DNA of 35,087 bases from positions 1 through 35,087 of the IMG/VR virus record IMGVR_UViG_3300045240_000070; one strand, 5' to 3'. Both the position numbers and the translations under genes were made by a program. This document shows, in pieces, positions 18,860 to 28,024 of the stretch; position 1 is the stretch's first letter, and every line of letters starts with the position of its first letter. This DNA comes from a virus. Lineage: Duplodnaviria; Caudoviricetes. The notes beneath the pieces were generated by a model. That model saw nothing but the letters and a program-made list of their open reading frames with translations. It was not told where the DNA came from and did not search any database.

Positions 18860-19220
18860 GGATTGGCCAATCAGCAAGGCACATCTCATTTGGGATGCTC
18901 TCAGAAAGATTGAGAAGTCACATGAGATGGACTGGCCCTGGTCAGAGGTGGTTTTGCATCATGGGATGTGTCCCTATGGCGGAGCGGACCTTATAGGGGC
19001 TTCCTGGGCTTCCGGAGCAGACTGGCGGATAATTCCGCATCCTCCCATAAAGAATACTGGTTGGGCGTTCGCCAAGCGCAATCAGGAGATGATTGACCTG
19101 AATCCTGACCATGTAGTAGCGTGCTTCCTGGAAGGCGCGGGAAACCGGGGGACAACCATGACCTATAACATGGCTGTCGATGCGGGACTCAAGGACCGAA
19201 TCATAGAGGTGCGCGGATGA
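18831..19220 (+). CDS. SLOG-family (DUF2493/YspA-like) protein
   Basis: IVLTGSRDW, HG..GAD, RNQEM, GT..T motifs. Confidence 0.85.
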   Translation: MTHIVLTGSRDWPISKAHLIWDALRKIEKSHEMDWPWSEVVLHHGMCPYGGADLIGASWASGADWRIIPHPPIKNTGWAFAKRNQEMIDLNPDHVVACFLEGAGNRGTTMTYNMAVDAGLKDRIIEVRG

Positions 19221-19396
19221 GTTTCGAATATACTGCCAGGGAAATGCTTCAGAATTACGGAATCGTACCAAGTTCAATAGAGACTATTCTCAGTACTTAT
19301 AGGGAAGAACTGTACATTGCACTGGAAAAACTCTTTCCCAATGACAATGCTTCTGCTGGGGATGTTCTCGCTTGTCTTTATGGAGGAATAGAATAG
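19217..19396 (+). CDS. 59-aa hypothetical protein (not in ORF track)
   Basis: GAGGTG RBS, ATGA coupling; stop overlaps the next GTG. Confidence 0.65.
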   Translation: MSFEYTAREMLQNYGIVPSSIETILSTYREELYIALEKLFPNDNASAGDVLACLYGGIE

Positions 19397-19887
19397 TGAA
19401 TGCTCTACCTAAGCCTGAATCCCTGTTTCTTGGTATTGACCAAAGTTACAGCGGATTCGGGCTGGTGGTATTAGATAACAATGGCCATTGCCATCAGAAG
19501 AGTTTACTGAAATACCCGTTGAACAAATTCAAAGATGAGGGCGCGAGACTGGTTAAGATCTATGATGATCTGATCATGCATTTTTCTTTTCACTCCTTGT
19601 CTGAAGCTACTATCCATATAGGAATGGAAGGCTATGCCTACGGAGCAAAACTCAACAGAGAAAAGCTCGGAGAACTCGGAGGAATTGTCAAACTCACCTC
19701 AAATCTCGTATTTGGTATTACCCCCGTCAGCATTGCTCCGACAAATCTCAAGAGCTTCCTTGCCGGGTCCGGCAAAGCAAGCAAGAAAGCTATGGTCAGC
19801 GCAGTACAAAAACTGGACCCTGAAATCACAGATGACAATTTAGCAGATGCTTACGGTATTGCCTGTTATATGTTATACTCGTCTTAG
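19396..19887 (+). CDS. ruvC: RuvC-like Holliday junction resolvase
   Basis: LGIDQS, MEGY, GKASK..M, DNLADA; GGAGGA RBS before GTG 19396. Confidence 0.88.
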   Translation: MNALPKPESLFLGIDQSYSGFGLVVLDNNGHCHQKSLLKYPLNKFKDEGARLVKIYDDLIMHFSFHSLSEATIHIGMEGYAYGAKLNREKLGELGGIVKLTSNLVFGITPVSIAPTNLKSFLAGSGKASKKAMVSAVQKLDPEITDDNLADAYGIACYMLYSS

Positions 19888-19919
19888 CAACTCCTCCTTT
19901 ATTGCTATCTCCCTCCCTG

Positions 19920-19956
19920 GACCCTCTCACCGATATAATGGTGAGAGGGTCTTTTT
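19920..19956 (+). terminator. Intrinsic terminator with TATAAT in the loop
   Basis: 12-bp stem GACCCTCTCACC/GGTGAGAGGGTC + TTTTT. Confidence 0.85.
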
Positions 19957-20003
19957 ATCTGTATAATCGAATTAAAACATGAATTAAAAATTTGGAGAAA
20001 AAT

Positions 20004-20288
20004 ATGGTAGAGAACACGAACCACAATGAGGTTCTGCTTAAAGTAAAGTCAGCCTCTTCCGCATCATCTCTCGCAGCAGCTATAGCCAATAACGTATATG
20101 CCAACAAGGACATCATTCTTCGTGCCATAGGCGCGGCTGCTGTCAATCAGTCCATGAAGGCTGTAGCCATTGCACAATCCTATGTAGGTCCGAGAGGACT
20201 GGTATTGTCATGCCGCCCCGGATTCACTACAGTTCAGATGGATGACGGAGAGATAAGTGCACTGATATTCAAAATAATTGTTTCTTAG
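20004..20288 (+). CDS. spoVS: Stage V sporulation protein S family
   Basis: LKV.S.S..SLAAAIA...LRAIGAAAVNQSMKAVAIA..GF..ISA pattern over the full length. Confidence 0.9.
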   Translation: MVENTNHNEVLLKVKSASSASSLAAAIANNVYANKDIILRAIGAAAVNQSMKAVAIAQSYVGPRGLVLSCRPGFTTVQMDDGEISALIFKIIVS

Positions 20289-20305
20289 CAAAGGGAGAGT
20301 ACCGA

Positions 20306-20533
20306 ATGCCAGCACAACCAGTGGACAATTCTTATCCGCAGTCCAGAACAGCTGAGTTCTCTTCTGGTGCCACAGGACTCACAGGGCAGGGCTCCACCCA
20401 TTCTGTTCAGCAGATGGCACCCACAAGTTATTCACCCTCTTCGGTACTCTCACCTCTGGCGAGTAATCCCAACGGTATGAGTTCCACAACCTATTCACAA
20501 AATCGTGCCCTTAATTATTACCGTTCTTATTAG
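20306..20533 (+). CDS. Ser/Pro/Gln-rich hypothetical protein
   Basis: GGGAG RBS. Confidence 0.65.
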   Translation: MPAQPVDNSYPQSRTAEFSSGATGLTGQGSTHSVQQMAPTSYSPSSVLSPLASNPNGMSSTTYSQNRALNYYRSY

Positions 20534-20541
20534 GAGAAACC

Positions 20542-20856
20542 ATGGCAGAAGAAATCGGAACAGGAAGCCGTCCCACAATGGGAACATCCGCCGCACAGTT
20601 GTCCAGTGCAGGAAAGCCTGAACGCGGCCGTATGCGTCCCAAGGGTGGCGGAGGCAAGCAGGGGAATGCTCTGGAAGGGCCTACAGGGCACCGCAGAGCC
20701 TCTTTCGAGAAGATGGGGGCAACACTCCACCCAGCCGCTACCATGTACGCTCAGAACGCCGCTGAAGCCTCTGAGCAGTGCAAGCATGTGATCATGATGC
20801 CTTCCCGTAGTTCCTGGACGGATCAGTTCCGTTCAAAGGCACGTTACGCCCAATAA
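20542..20856 (+). CDS. Gly/Ala-rich hypothetical protein
   Basis: AGGAG RBS. Confidence 0.7.
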   Translation: MAEEIGTGSRPTMGTSAAQLSSAGKPERGRMRPKGGGGKQGNALEGPTGHRRASFEKMGATLHPAATMYAQNAAEASEQCKHVIMMPSRSSWTDQFRSKARYAQ

Positions 20857-20867
20857 GCGTCTGTCCA

Positions 20868-20900
20868 TGATATAATTCTCCTTAATTAAGGAGAATTATG
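20868..20900 (+). promoter_or_regulatory. Extended -10 promoter plus RBS-sequestering palindrome of the HNH gene
   Basis: TGATATAAT at 20868-20876; perfect 28-bp palindrome 20872-20899 covering AAGGAG and the AT of the start codon. Confidence 0.75.
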
Positions 20901-21515
20901 TGTACATATCCTGACTGCTCACGAAAACTATATAATAAAACACACTGTAAGCAACATTACTTACTGATTAGACAGCAAGAAAATCCTGAGAAGTATACTT
21001 GTCCTATTGATAACTGTGAAAAACCTGTACATAGTATGGGTATGTGCCAGAGTCATCACGAGAAGGCCAAGTATGCTTCTAAAAGATTAAGTACTGATCA
21101 ACAATGCAGCATAGATCACTGTGTGCTACCCAAACATGGGGATAGCTATTGCACTACGCATCTTTCTCGTTTAAGAAGAACAGGTAGTGTCAATCGTAAT
21201 ATTCATGGTAAAGCTTATGCTAGAGATGTTCCAGTAGGACATACGTTTATTAATCCGGATGGGTACGTGGAAGAGAAAGTACCTGAAGAATTCAGACGTA
21301 GAAAAAATAGTCCTTATGTTCTCCAGCACCGATATCGTATGGAATTAGCACTGGGCAGATCATTAGAAAAACATGAAACAGTTCATCACATTAATGGTGA
21401 TAGAGCTGATAATTCATTAGAAAATTTGCAACTACGTTTTGGGCAACATGGTCCTGGGGTAGTACTGCAATGTATAGATTGTGGAGGGCACAATGTTAAA
21501 GCAATATCCCTGTAA
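20898..21515 (+). CDS. Free-standing HNH homing-type endonuclease with three N-terminal Zn-finger repeats
   Basis: 3x C-x4-C-x9-C-x2-H; HR..ME..LGR.L...E.VHHINGDRADN..ENL; more AT-rich than its flanks. Confidence 0.92.
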   Translation: MCTYPDCSRKLYNKTHCKQHYLLIRQQENPEKYTCPIDNCEKPVHSMGMCQSHHEKAKYASKRLSTDQQCSIDHCVLPKHGDSYCTTHLSRLRRTGSVNRNIHGKAYARDVPVGHTFINPDGYVEEKVPEEFRRRKNSPYVLQHRYRMELALGRSLEKHETVHHINGDRADNSLENLQLRFGQHGPGVVLQCIDCGGHNVKAISL

Positions 21516-21543
21516 GTACGGACGTTCTATGTAAGGAGTCACT

Positions 21544-21891
21544 ATGAATACAGACAGTAAGATAACAAAGTACTTTGACAGATTTGCTGCCTTCTTCGGC
21601 TCCATCAAATTCATAGCTGGTATGTCTGTATTCGTATTGGCCTGGTTCCTATGGAATATATTCGCACCGACTGGTCTAGAGTTTGATAAATATCCGTTTA
21701 TCTTTATGACACTGCTTCTTTCCCTTCAGGCATCATATGCCGCGCCGATTATTCTGTTCTCACAGAACAGACAAGCGGACAAGGACAGGGAAAAATTTGA
21801 ACTGGATCTGGCAGCTGATCTGAAATCCGAGAAGATGCTTGAAAAGATAGCGTCAAAACTGGATATACCTCTGGAGGACAAAGATGCCTAG
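21544..21891 (+). CDS. DUF1003 membrane protein
   Basis: FGS..F, FDKYPFI..LLLSLQASYAAPIILFSQNRQ..DR. Confidence 0.9.
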   Translation: MNTDSKITKYFDRFAAFFGSIKFIAGMSVFVLAWFLWNIFAPTGLEFDKYPFIFMTLLLSLQASYAAPIILFSQNRQADKDREKFELDLAADLKSEKMLEKIASKLDIPLEDKDA

Positions 21892-22447
21892 TTCAGTTCC
21901 CGGTATGAACAACATGATGTACAATCCGCCTGTAGGACAGCAGGGCTCTGTCACCCAATACGGTGGCGGAGGAGGAATGCCTATTTCCGGCTTCCGTTCC
22001 ATCCTTGATGCCCGACTGGCAGCAGCTACAGGAAAAACACCGGAAGCACAGTACCCCGATGGATACCTGGGGTCTGTTATCGACAGACGACAGGACAAGT
22101 TACTTCAGACTGTACGAAACAATGCCCGCAGCTATACCCGAGGAGTTCACAAGGGTTCCAGAATATCCGCAACTGATTATTTCTGGCCTGATGATCTCAC
22201 CCCTTATTCTTCCCTGGAAAGACGGATGTCAGGGGACAAAAAGAAATTTGCTGCTTCTGGAAATCCACTGGAAAGACTTGCTCATGGTGGTAAGTACATA
22301 ACCAATGAAGAAGCCAAGAAATTTGCACAAGAGCTTAATATAGCGGTTGACCCGCAAATGAAAGTTGTATCTCCTCAAGTAAGAGAATTTCATGCCAAAT
22401 TCAATCTCCCTGGCTGGAGTGCATCAGGAAGCGGGTTGAGTCTGTAG
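21884..22447 (+). CDS. Hypothetical protein (YPDGYLG / SYTRGVHKG motifs)
   Basis: GGAGGA RBS; 187 aa. Confidence 0.8.
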   Translation: MPSSVPGMNNMMYNPPVGQQGSVTQYGGGGGMPISGFRSILDARLAAATGKTPEAQYPDGYLGSVIDRRQDKLLQTVRNNARSYTRGVHKGSRISATDYFWPDDLTPYSSLERRMSGDKKKFAASGNPLERLAHGGKYITNEEAKKFAQELNIAVDPQMKVVSPQVREFHAKFNLPGWSASGSGLSL

Positions 22448-22776
22448 TGCAGAAACAGAATACAAACTATGATCCGGACAAGCGTCAGCAAGAGAACAAC
22501 ACCATATACAACTGGACACGGCCTTTTCAGTCCATGCAGGAACAGCTTGTACAGCAGCAGTTGTTAGACAATGCTACCGCTGAAGCTGCTAACAGAAGAC
22601 CTCCTATTCCTAACATAGGAAAGATACCCAACAGATTCGGTTATCCCACCGAACCTCCGGGAATAGCCGATATTCTGGTAGTAGACGATTCCTTTGCAGC
22701 ACAGTTCGGGGATTTCAGTGGTACAGAAGGTGGCTACTCTGGTACTTCCTTCCCACAAAACCCGTCACTTCCTTAA
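22447..22776 (+). CDS. Hypothetical protein
   Basis: GTG start coupled to the upstream stop. Confidence 0.65.
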   Translation: MQKQNTNYDPDKRQQENNTIYNWTRPFQSMQEQLVQQQLLDNATAEAANRRPPIPNIGKIPNRFGYPTEPPGIADILVVDDSFAAQFGDFSGTEGGYSGTSFPQNPSLP

Positions 22777-22786
22777 GGAATTTACT

Positions 22787-22957
22787 ATGGCAGCAAAGAG
22801 AGCGGTACCTACCGCCAGACGTGCTACAGATAAAAGAACTGTAGGCACAGCAAAGAATCCCAAGAAAGTAGCAGCGCCTTCAGCGTCTTCTTATAAGGCA
22901 CCAAAACCTGTACAGGTTACCAAGAAGTCAGCGGGAAGACCGAAGAAAGCGAGTTAA
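22787..22957 (+). CDS. Small Lys/Ala/Pro-rich histone-like protein
   Basis: AAGGA RBS before ATG 22787; 56 aa, very basic, ends in AT-hook-like GRPKK. Confidence 0.7.
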   Translation: MAAKRAVPTARRATDKRTVGTAKNPKKVAAPSASSYKAPKPVQVTKKSAGRPKKAS

Positions 22958-22958
22958 C

Positions 22959-23243
22959 ATGGCATATCCTCCACTTAGATCAATGAACAGATCCCTTCAT
23001 GAGGGAGCCACTGATGGACGTTACAAGAAGGTCCGTCCGGACACCGAGTGTGCTGTGACAGATGACGCTGTGAAGAACCTCACATACGAAACCCGTGATG
23101 ATATGAGTCTTCCGTACTACGGTATAGGTATGAAGCGTCTCATGACTGTTCCAGGTGGACCACAGAATGTGGAAACCCCGGATTATTACGACAACAAGTT
23201 GCAGCAAGAGGTTAACAGCGGTATCCTCGGACGCACCTGGTAA
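22959..23243 (+). CDS. Hypothetical protein
   Basis: ATG directly after the upstream stop. Confidence 0.7.
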   Translation: MAYPPLRSMNRSLHEGATDGRYKKVRPDTECAVTDDAVKNLTYETRDDMSLPYYGIGMKRLMTVPGGPQNVETPDYYDNKLQQEVNSGILGRTW

Positions 23244-23262
23244 CACATTTTCAAGTTTGTAC

Positions 23263-23305
23263 TACAGCCCCTGAGTTGACAGATGTCTCTCAGGGGCTGT
23301 ACTCT
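23263..23305 (+). promoter_or_regulatory. Promoter embedded in a 13-bp inverted repeat
   Basis: TTGACA(23276)-N18-TACTCT(23300); IR TACAGCCCCTGAG/CTCAGGGGCTGTA. Confidence 0.75.
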
Positions 23306-23380
23306 TGGGCCTTGTTGTTACAGAACCAAGACATTCTTGCTCTGCGGCAACAGTCCTTGTTGTCTATAGATTGGACTGCC

Positions 23381-24518
<1,138 letters not shown>

Positions 24519-24519
24519 T

Positions 24520-24558
24520 GAAAAACCCTTACTCTGCCTTGAAGAGTAAGGGTTTTTC
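24520..24558 (+). terminator. Intrinsic terminator
   Basis: GAAAAACCCTTACTCT/AGAGTAAGGGTTTTTC. Confidence 0.85.
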
Positions 24559-24607
24559 TGTTAACATGAAGTAGTCAAACCAAACGAAATACAAAAAGGA
24601 CTACCAT

Positions 24608-25168
24608 ATGACGGATACATTTGATCCCTACAAGGACAAATCAGTACACAAAACAGGTCTTCTCGTATGCTGGCCCTGCCATGTAATAGAGGAGATTCCC
24701 GATTATGATCCTGATAATGCTGATAATGATCCGCGAATAGGTTATATAGTCACTGCTCATCTCAGAAGACATCCTTCATATGAAGACCGCAATATTCTCG
24801 AATGGATGGCGCTGGGATTTGTTCCCACCAGACATTTCAAAGACCCGCAGTACAAAAAGCAGATCATAGACCAGATTCTTGCGGGTAATGGCAAAACAGG
24901 TTTCGATCAGGAGTTCTACGATACACAGAACACCTTCAAAGAGGAGGCTCTGGCCTGTTACCGGAAGCACAACCGTCCGGCATTCAACTCCAATACCCAG
25001 CCCAAGTGCGCTGACTATCTCAGTAATCATATGGAGATAAAGCCCAATACTTCCAGAGAACGCAAGATAGCCGGACTTCCTACATATGATGAAACAAAGA
25101 TAAAGAAAGTATTCATATGTGAGCATTGTCCTTATCATCAATCGGTAAAGGTAGCTATAAGAAAGTAA
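24608..25168 (+). CDS. Cys/His-containing hypothetical protein
   Basis: CWPC, CYRKH, CEHC; AAGGA RBS. Confidence 0.8.
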   Translation: MTDTFDPYKDKSVHKTGLLVCWPCHVIEEIPDYDPDNADNDPRIGYIVTAHLRRHPSYEDRNILEWMALGFVPTRHFKDPQYKKQIIDQILAGNGKTGFDQEFYDTQNTFKEEALACYRKHNRPAFNSNTQPKCADYLSNHMEIKPNTSRERKIAGLPTYDETKIKKVFICEHCPYHQSVKVAIRK

Positions 25169-25170
25169 TT

Positions 25171-25389
25171 ATGATGAAATTGAATACAAAAGGAACAATT
25201 GTTTCAGCTGTTTATGCTGTATGTGCTTTATTGTTGCTTGTATTTCAATTTCATAATGTATTAGGTAATATAGAATCAGACTTTCTTCTAGGTGCTCCGG
25301 CCTTTATTGCGGGACACATATTCATCACAAGAAAATTCGAAGCAACACACGAACTGATAAGAAACAAGGAAAATATAAATGACCGTTGA
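25171..25389 (+). CDS. Small two-TM membrane protein, holin candidate
   Basis: Two hydrophobic segments, charged C-tail, two genes upstream of the endolysin. Confidence 0.5.
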   Translation: MMKLNTKGTIVSAVYAVCALLLLVFQFHNVLGNIESDFLLGAPAFIAGHIFITRKFEATHELIRNKENINDR

Positions 25390-25720
25390 TCTAGAAGAAC
25401 TGCAAAAGCAGAGGGCAGCAGAACTGCTTGCAGAGCGCAGTGCTTCCCAGGAAGTGATAACCGCCTTCCTTGTTGTGCAGACTACAGACGGACAATGGGT
25501 TGCCTACCATGATTTCGCGGACAAGGATCTGTCCATGCACAGAGCGGCCACCATGGATGATATTGTCGGTGGCTGTGCAAATGTCACCATGGGCTGCCAG
25601 GTTCAGCAGACCGCCATGTCTTCCATGATCATGATGGAGCAGCGCGCCATGCAGATGCGTCAGCAGCAGGAAGCATCAAAGGTGGCTTCCCTTATCGATC
25701 CTACTAAGTTACGGGTATAA
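25379..25720 (+). CDS. Hypothetical protein
   Basis: AAGGA RBS; Met/Gln-rich helix. Confidence 0.75.
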   Translation: MTVDLEELQKQRAAELLAERSASQEVITAFLVVQTTDGQWVAYHDFADKDLSMHRAATMDDIVGGCANVTMGCQVQQTAMSSMIMMEQRAMQMRQQQEASKVASLIDPTKLRV

Positions 25721-25722
25721 TC

Positions 25723-26577
25723 ATGGGAATTTACGGACAGGACTGGGCCAAATACCAGGGAAGTTCTCCTTCCACCAAAGGAATAGACTATGTATTCCTG
25801 AAAGTCACCGAAGGACTTGATTACGAAAGTCCTACCTGGAAGACGCAGTATGCCGATGCGGCAAAAGCCGATCTTGTCATAGGTTTCTACCACTACCCGC
25901 ATATGGCGAACAGCCCTAAAGAAGAAGCGGACTATTTCCTTTCCAAGGTGACTCCCAAAAGGGGTGAACTCGTCGTACTGGACTGGGAAGGCTATGACGC
26001 AAGTAACACAAAGGTTTCCAAGAGTGTCCAGCGCATATACAAGGATGCTTTTCTGAAATACCTGAAGTCCAAGCTTCCGGATAATCCTGTGGGAATGTAC
26101 TGCAATGTGGATTACTGGACAAACGTGGATACCACAAGTTATTACGGAGATTTTCTGTGGATAGCCACAGCAGGAAAGGGCGTAGGTTCTCCCGGAATTA
26201 AAGCAGCGTGGAAATTCCACCAGTATTCCACTTCTGGTGGAATAGACCATGATTACAGCACATTCGCTACAAAGGACGCCCTGAAGACATGGGCACTATC
26301 ATTCGTAACCTCGGAGGAAGATATGGCAGTAACACAGGCAGATGCAGAGCTTATCGCCAAGACCGTGCTCACTATGGACGGAGTCATTGCGGCTCCTGCC
26401 GATGCACCTGACGCAAAGACAAATCCTACATGGCAATTGCAGTCCTACATCAAGGATCTCGACGCACGTCTGCGTGTTGTTGAAACCGCTGTTGCAGCTA
26501 TCAGTACACCAGTTGTAGACGTTGACGCGCTGGCAGCCGCAGTTGTCAAGGCTATCGGCAAGGATCTGTCCAGCTAA
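25723..26577 (+). CDS. Endolysin, GH25 muramidase plus C-terminal helical domain
   Basis: GQDWAKYQ, KVTEG, GFYHY, LDWE (DxE), LWIA, HQYS..ID.D. Confidence 0.92.
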   Translation: MGIYGQDWAKYQGSSPSTKGIDYVFLKVTEGLDYESPTWKTQYADAAKADLVIGFYHYPHMANSPKEEADYFLSKVTPKRGELVVLDWEGYDASNTKVSKSVQRIYKDAFLKYLKSKLPDNPVGMYCNVDYWTNVDTTSYYGDFLWIATAGKGVGSPGIKAAWKFHQYSTSGGIDHDYSTFATKDALKTWALSFVTSEEDMAVTQADAELIAKTVLTMDGVIAAPADAPDAKTNPTWQLQSYIKDLDARLRVVETAVAAISTPVVDVDALAAAVVKAIGKDLSS

Positions 26578-26591
26578 TCCAATAAACCAGG

Positions 26592-26628
26592 AAAGGGAAT
26601 CCCGAAGAACAACAGGGATTCCCTTTTT
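26592..26628 (+). terminator. Intrinsic terminator
   Basis: AAAGGGAATCCC/GGGATTCCCTTT + T tail. Confidence 0.85.
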
Positions 26629-26653
26629 CTTATTTCTACTGTAGGATACTTAT

Positions 26654-27508
26654 ATGAACGATATCCGAATTTCAACAGGGGCAAGCAGCTATTTCAGCCG
26701 TCCCTCACATACGCTTGACTACCACCTGTTCTCCTCCGATGAAAGAATACTGCCTGATGTCCGACAGAATCTACTGGGCTTGCTGCTTGATTATCTGCGC
26801 AGTAGGTATAGTGAGCCTGAGTTATGGACTATGGCTTGGCTGGCAGGTTCGGGAATTTCTTATCAGTGGTCTGCATCTCGCGGAAACGGTGATCTCGATG
26901 TACTATTCGGGATCGATTACTCTGAATTTGTAAACCGAAATCCTGACCTTCGCTATTACGATCGTCATGAACTGGCAGAACTCATCACGCATGACCTGAA
27001 AATCAACCTGTGGCCCATCACTGCTGATACCTATTTCAACGGTCAGTCCTACGAGGTAACGTATTTTCTCAATGACAATGTTGAAGCCTACCCTGATTCC
27101 ATAGTCCATATTCATCCCTATGCCGCATACAATCTCACCAAAGATGAATGGACTGTTCATCCGCCAAAACTTCCTGGTGATCCTCACGCGCTCTATCCTT
27201 CCGAATACTACAGCCAGGCACAGGCCAACAAAGATGCCGCACAGGCTCTGTGGGACAGATATAACGTTCTTCGGTCAGAAAGAGCCTTCATAACTCCCGG
27301 TACTCCCCAGGAGGTCAACAACAAGAGACATATGGAACTTGTGGTGAATCAGGCGCGGAACCTTTTTGACGCACTCCATCTGGGAAGACGTAATGCTTTT
27401 TCCGATCAGGGGGAAGGTTATGGTGACTTCTACAACTTCCAGTGGCAATCCGCCAAGGAATCGGGAATAATAAATGCACTCAATTCGATGATAAACAAGG
27501 AGAGCTAA
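26654..27508 (+). CDS. Pol-beta superfamily nucleotidyltransferase
   Basis: LAGS-x11-GDLDVL signature; probable third acidic residue in YEVTY. Confidence 0.8.
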   Translation: MNDIRISTGASSYFSRPSHTLDYHLFSSDERILPDVRQNLLGLLLDYLRSRYSEPELWTMAWLAGSGISYQWSASRGNGDLDVLFGIDYSEFVNRNPDLRYYDRHELAELITHDLKINLWPITADTYFNGQSYEVTYFLNDNVEAYPDSIVHIHPYAAYNLTKDEWTVHPPKLPGDPHALYPSEYYSQAQANKDAAQALWDRYNVLRSERAFITPGTPQEVNNKRHMELVVNQARNLFDALHLGRRNAFSDQGEGYGDFYNFQWQSAKESGIINALNSMINKES

Positions 27509-28006
27509 ATGGGTGACAGCTGGGGTAATCATGTAGCCATAGTGGTCAACGGTGTTCTGAGACAGCCGAATGATTCATCGGTCATCATTCCCGGTCTTCT
27601 TGTATACAAGTCCCTGGTAAAGGATCACAGGGTATCCCTGATCATAGACAGTGCAGCAAAGGAAAAGGTCCAGTACTGGCTTCTCATGAATTCTCTGACT
27701 GATCATGTCAATGAAATATACTGGGAAGAGACTGATCCCGAGGATACCGCAGAGCGCAGATTAACACAGGTGAACAGACTCAGAAGACAGGGTCCGCTGT
27801 CTCTTGTCTATGAATCCGATACAGAAGCCGCTACCGCACTGCTTCTGGCACAGATTCCCGTATTCCTGTTTCTTCATCCTCAGTACACACATCCGGATTT
27901 CCGCCCAGGCCATTCCACAGAAGTAACACCCTGGTCCCAGTTGCTGGCAGAGAAGGTAAGACAGCAGGAAGCCCGAGCAACTGATACCAGACTAAAAGAA
28001 TTCTAA
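27509..28006 (+). CDS. HAD-fold-like protein with degenerate motif I
   Basis: VAIVVNGVLR in place of hhhDxDGVL; LVYESD resembling motif IV. Confidence 0.5.
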   Translation: MGDSWGNHVAIVVNGVLRQPNDSSVIIPGLLVYKSLVKDHRVSLIIDSAAKEKVQYWLLMNSLTDHVNEIYWEETDPEDTAERRLTQVNRLRRQGPLSLVYESDTEAATALLLAQIPVFLFLHPQYTHPDFRPGHSTEVTPWSQLLAEKVRQQEARATDTRLKEF

Positions 28007-28024
28007 TTCTCTACAGGAGAAAAC

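Noticed and set aside
23244-23380. ydaO/c-di-AMP riboswitch upstream of the wall hydrolases
   Set aside because: Leader is too short and I could not find the conserved riboswitch motifs; cmscan would be decisive
25171-25185. Holin dual-start motif (ATG ATG AAA)
   Set aside because: Adjacent Met codons without an intervening Lys do not match the lambda S type Met-Lys-Met arrangement
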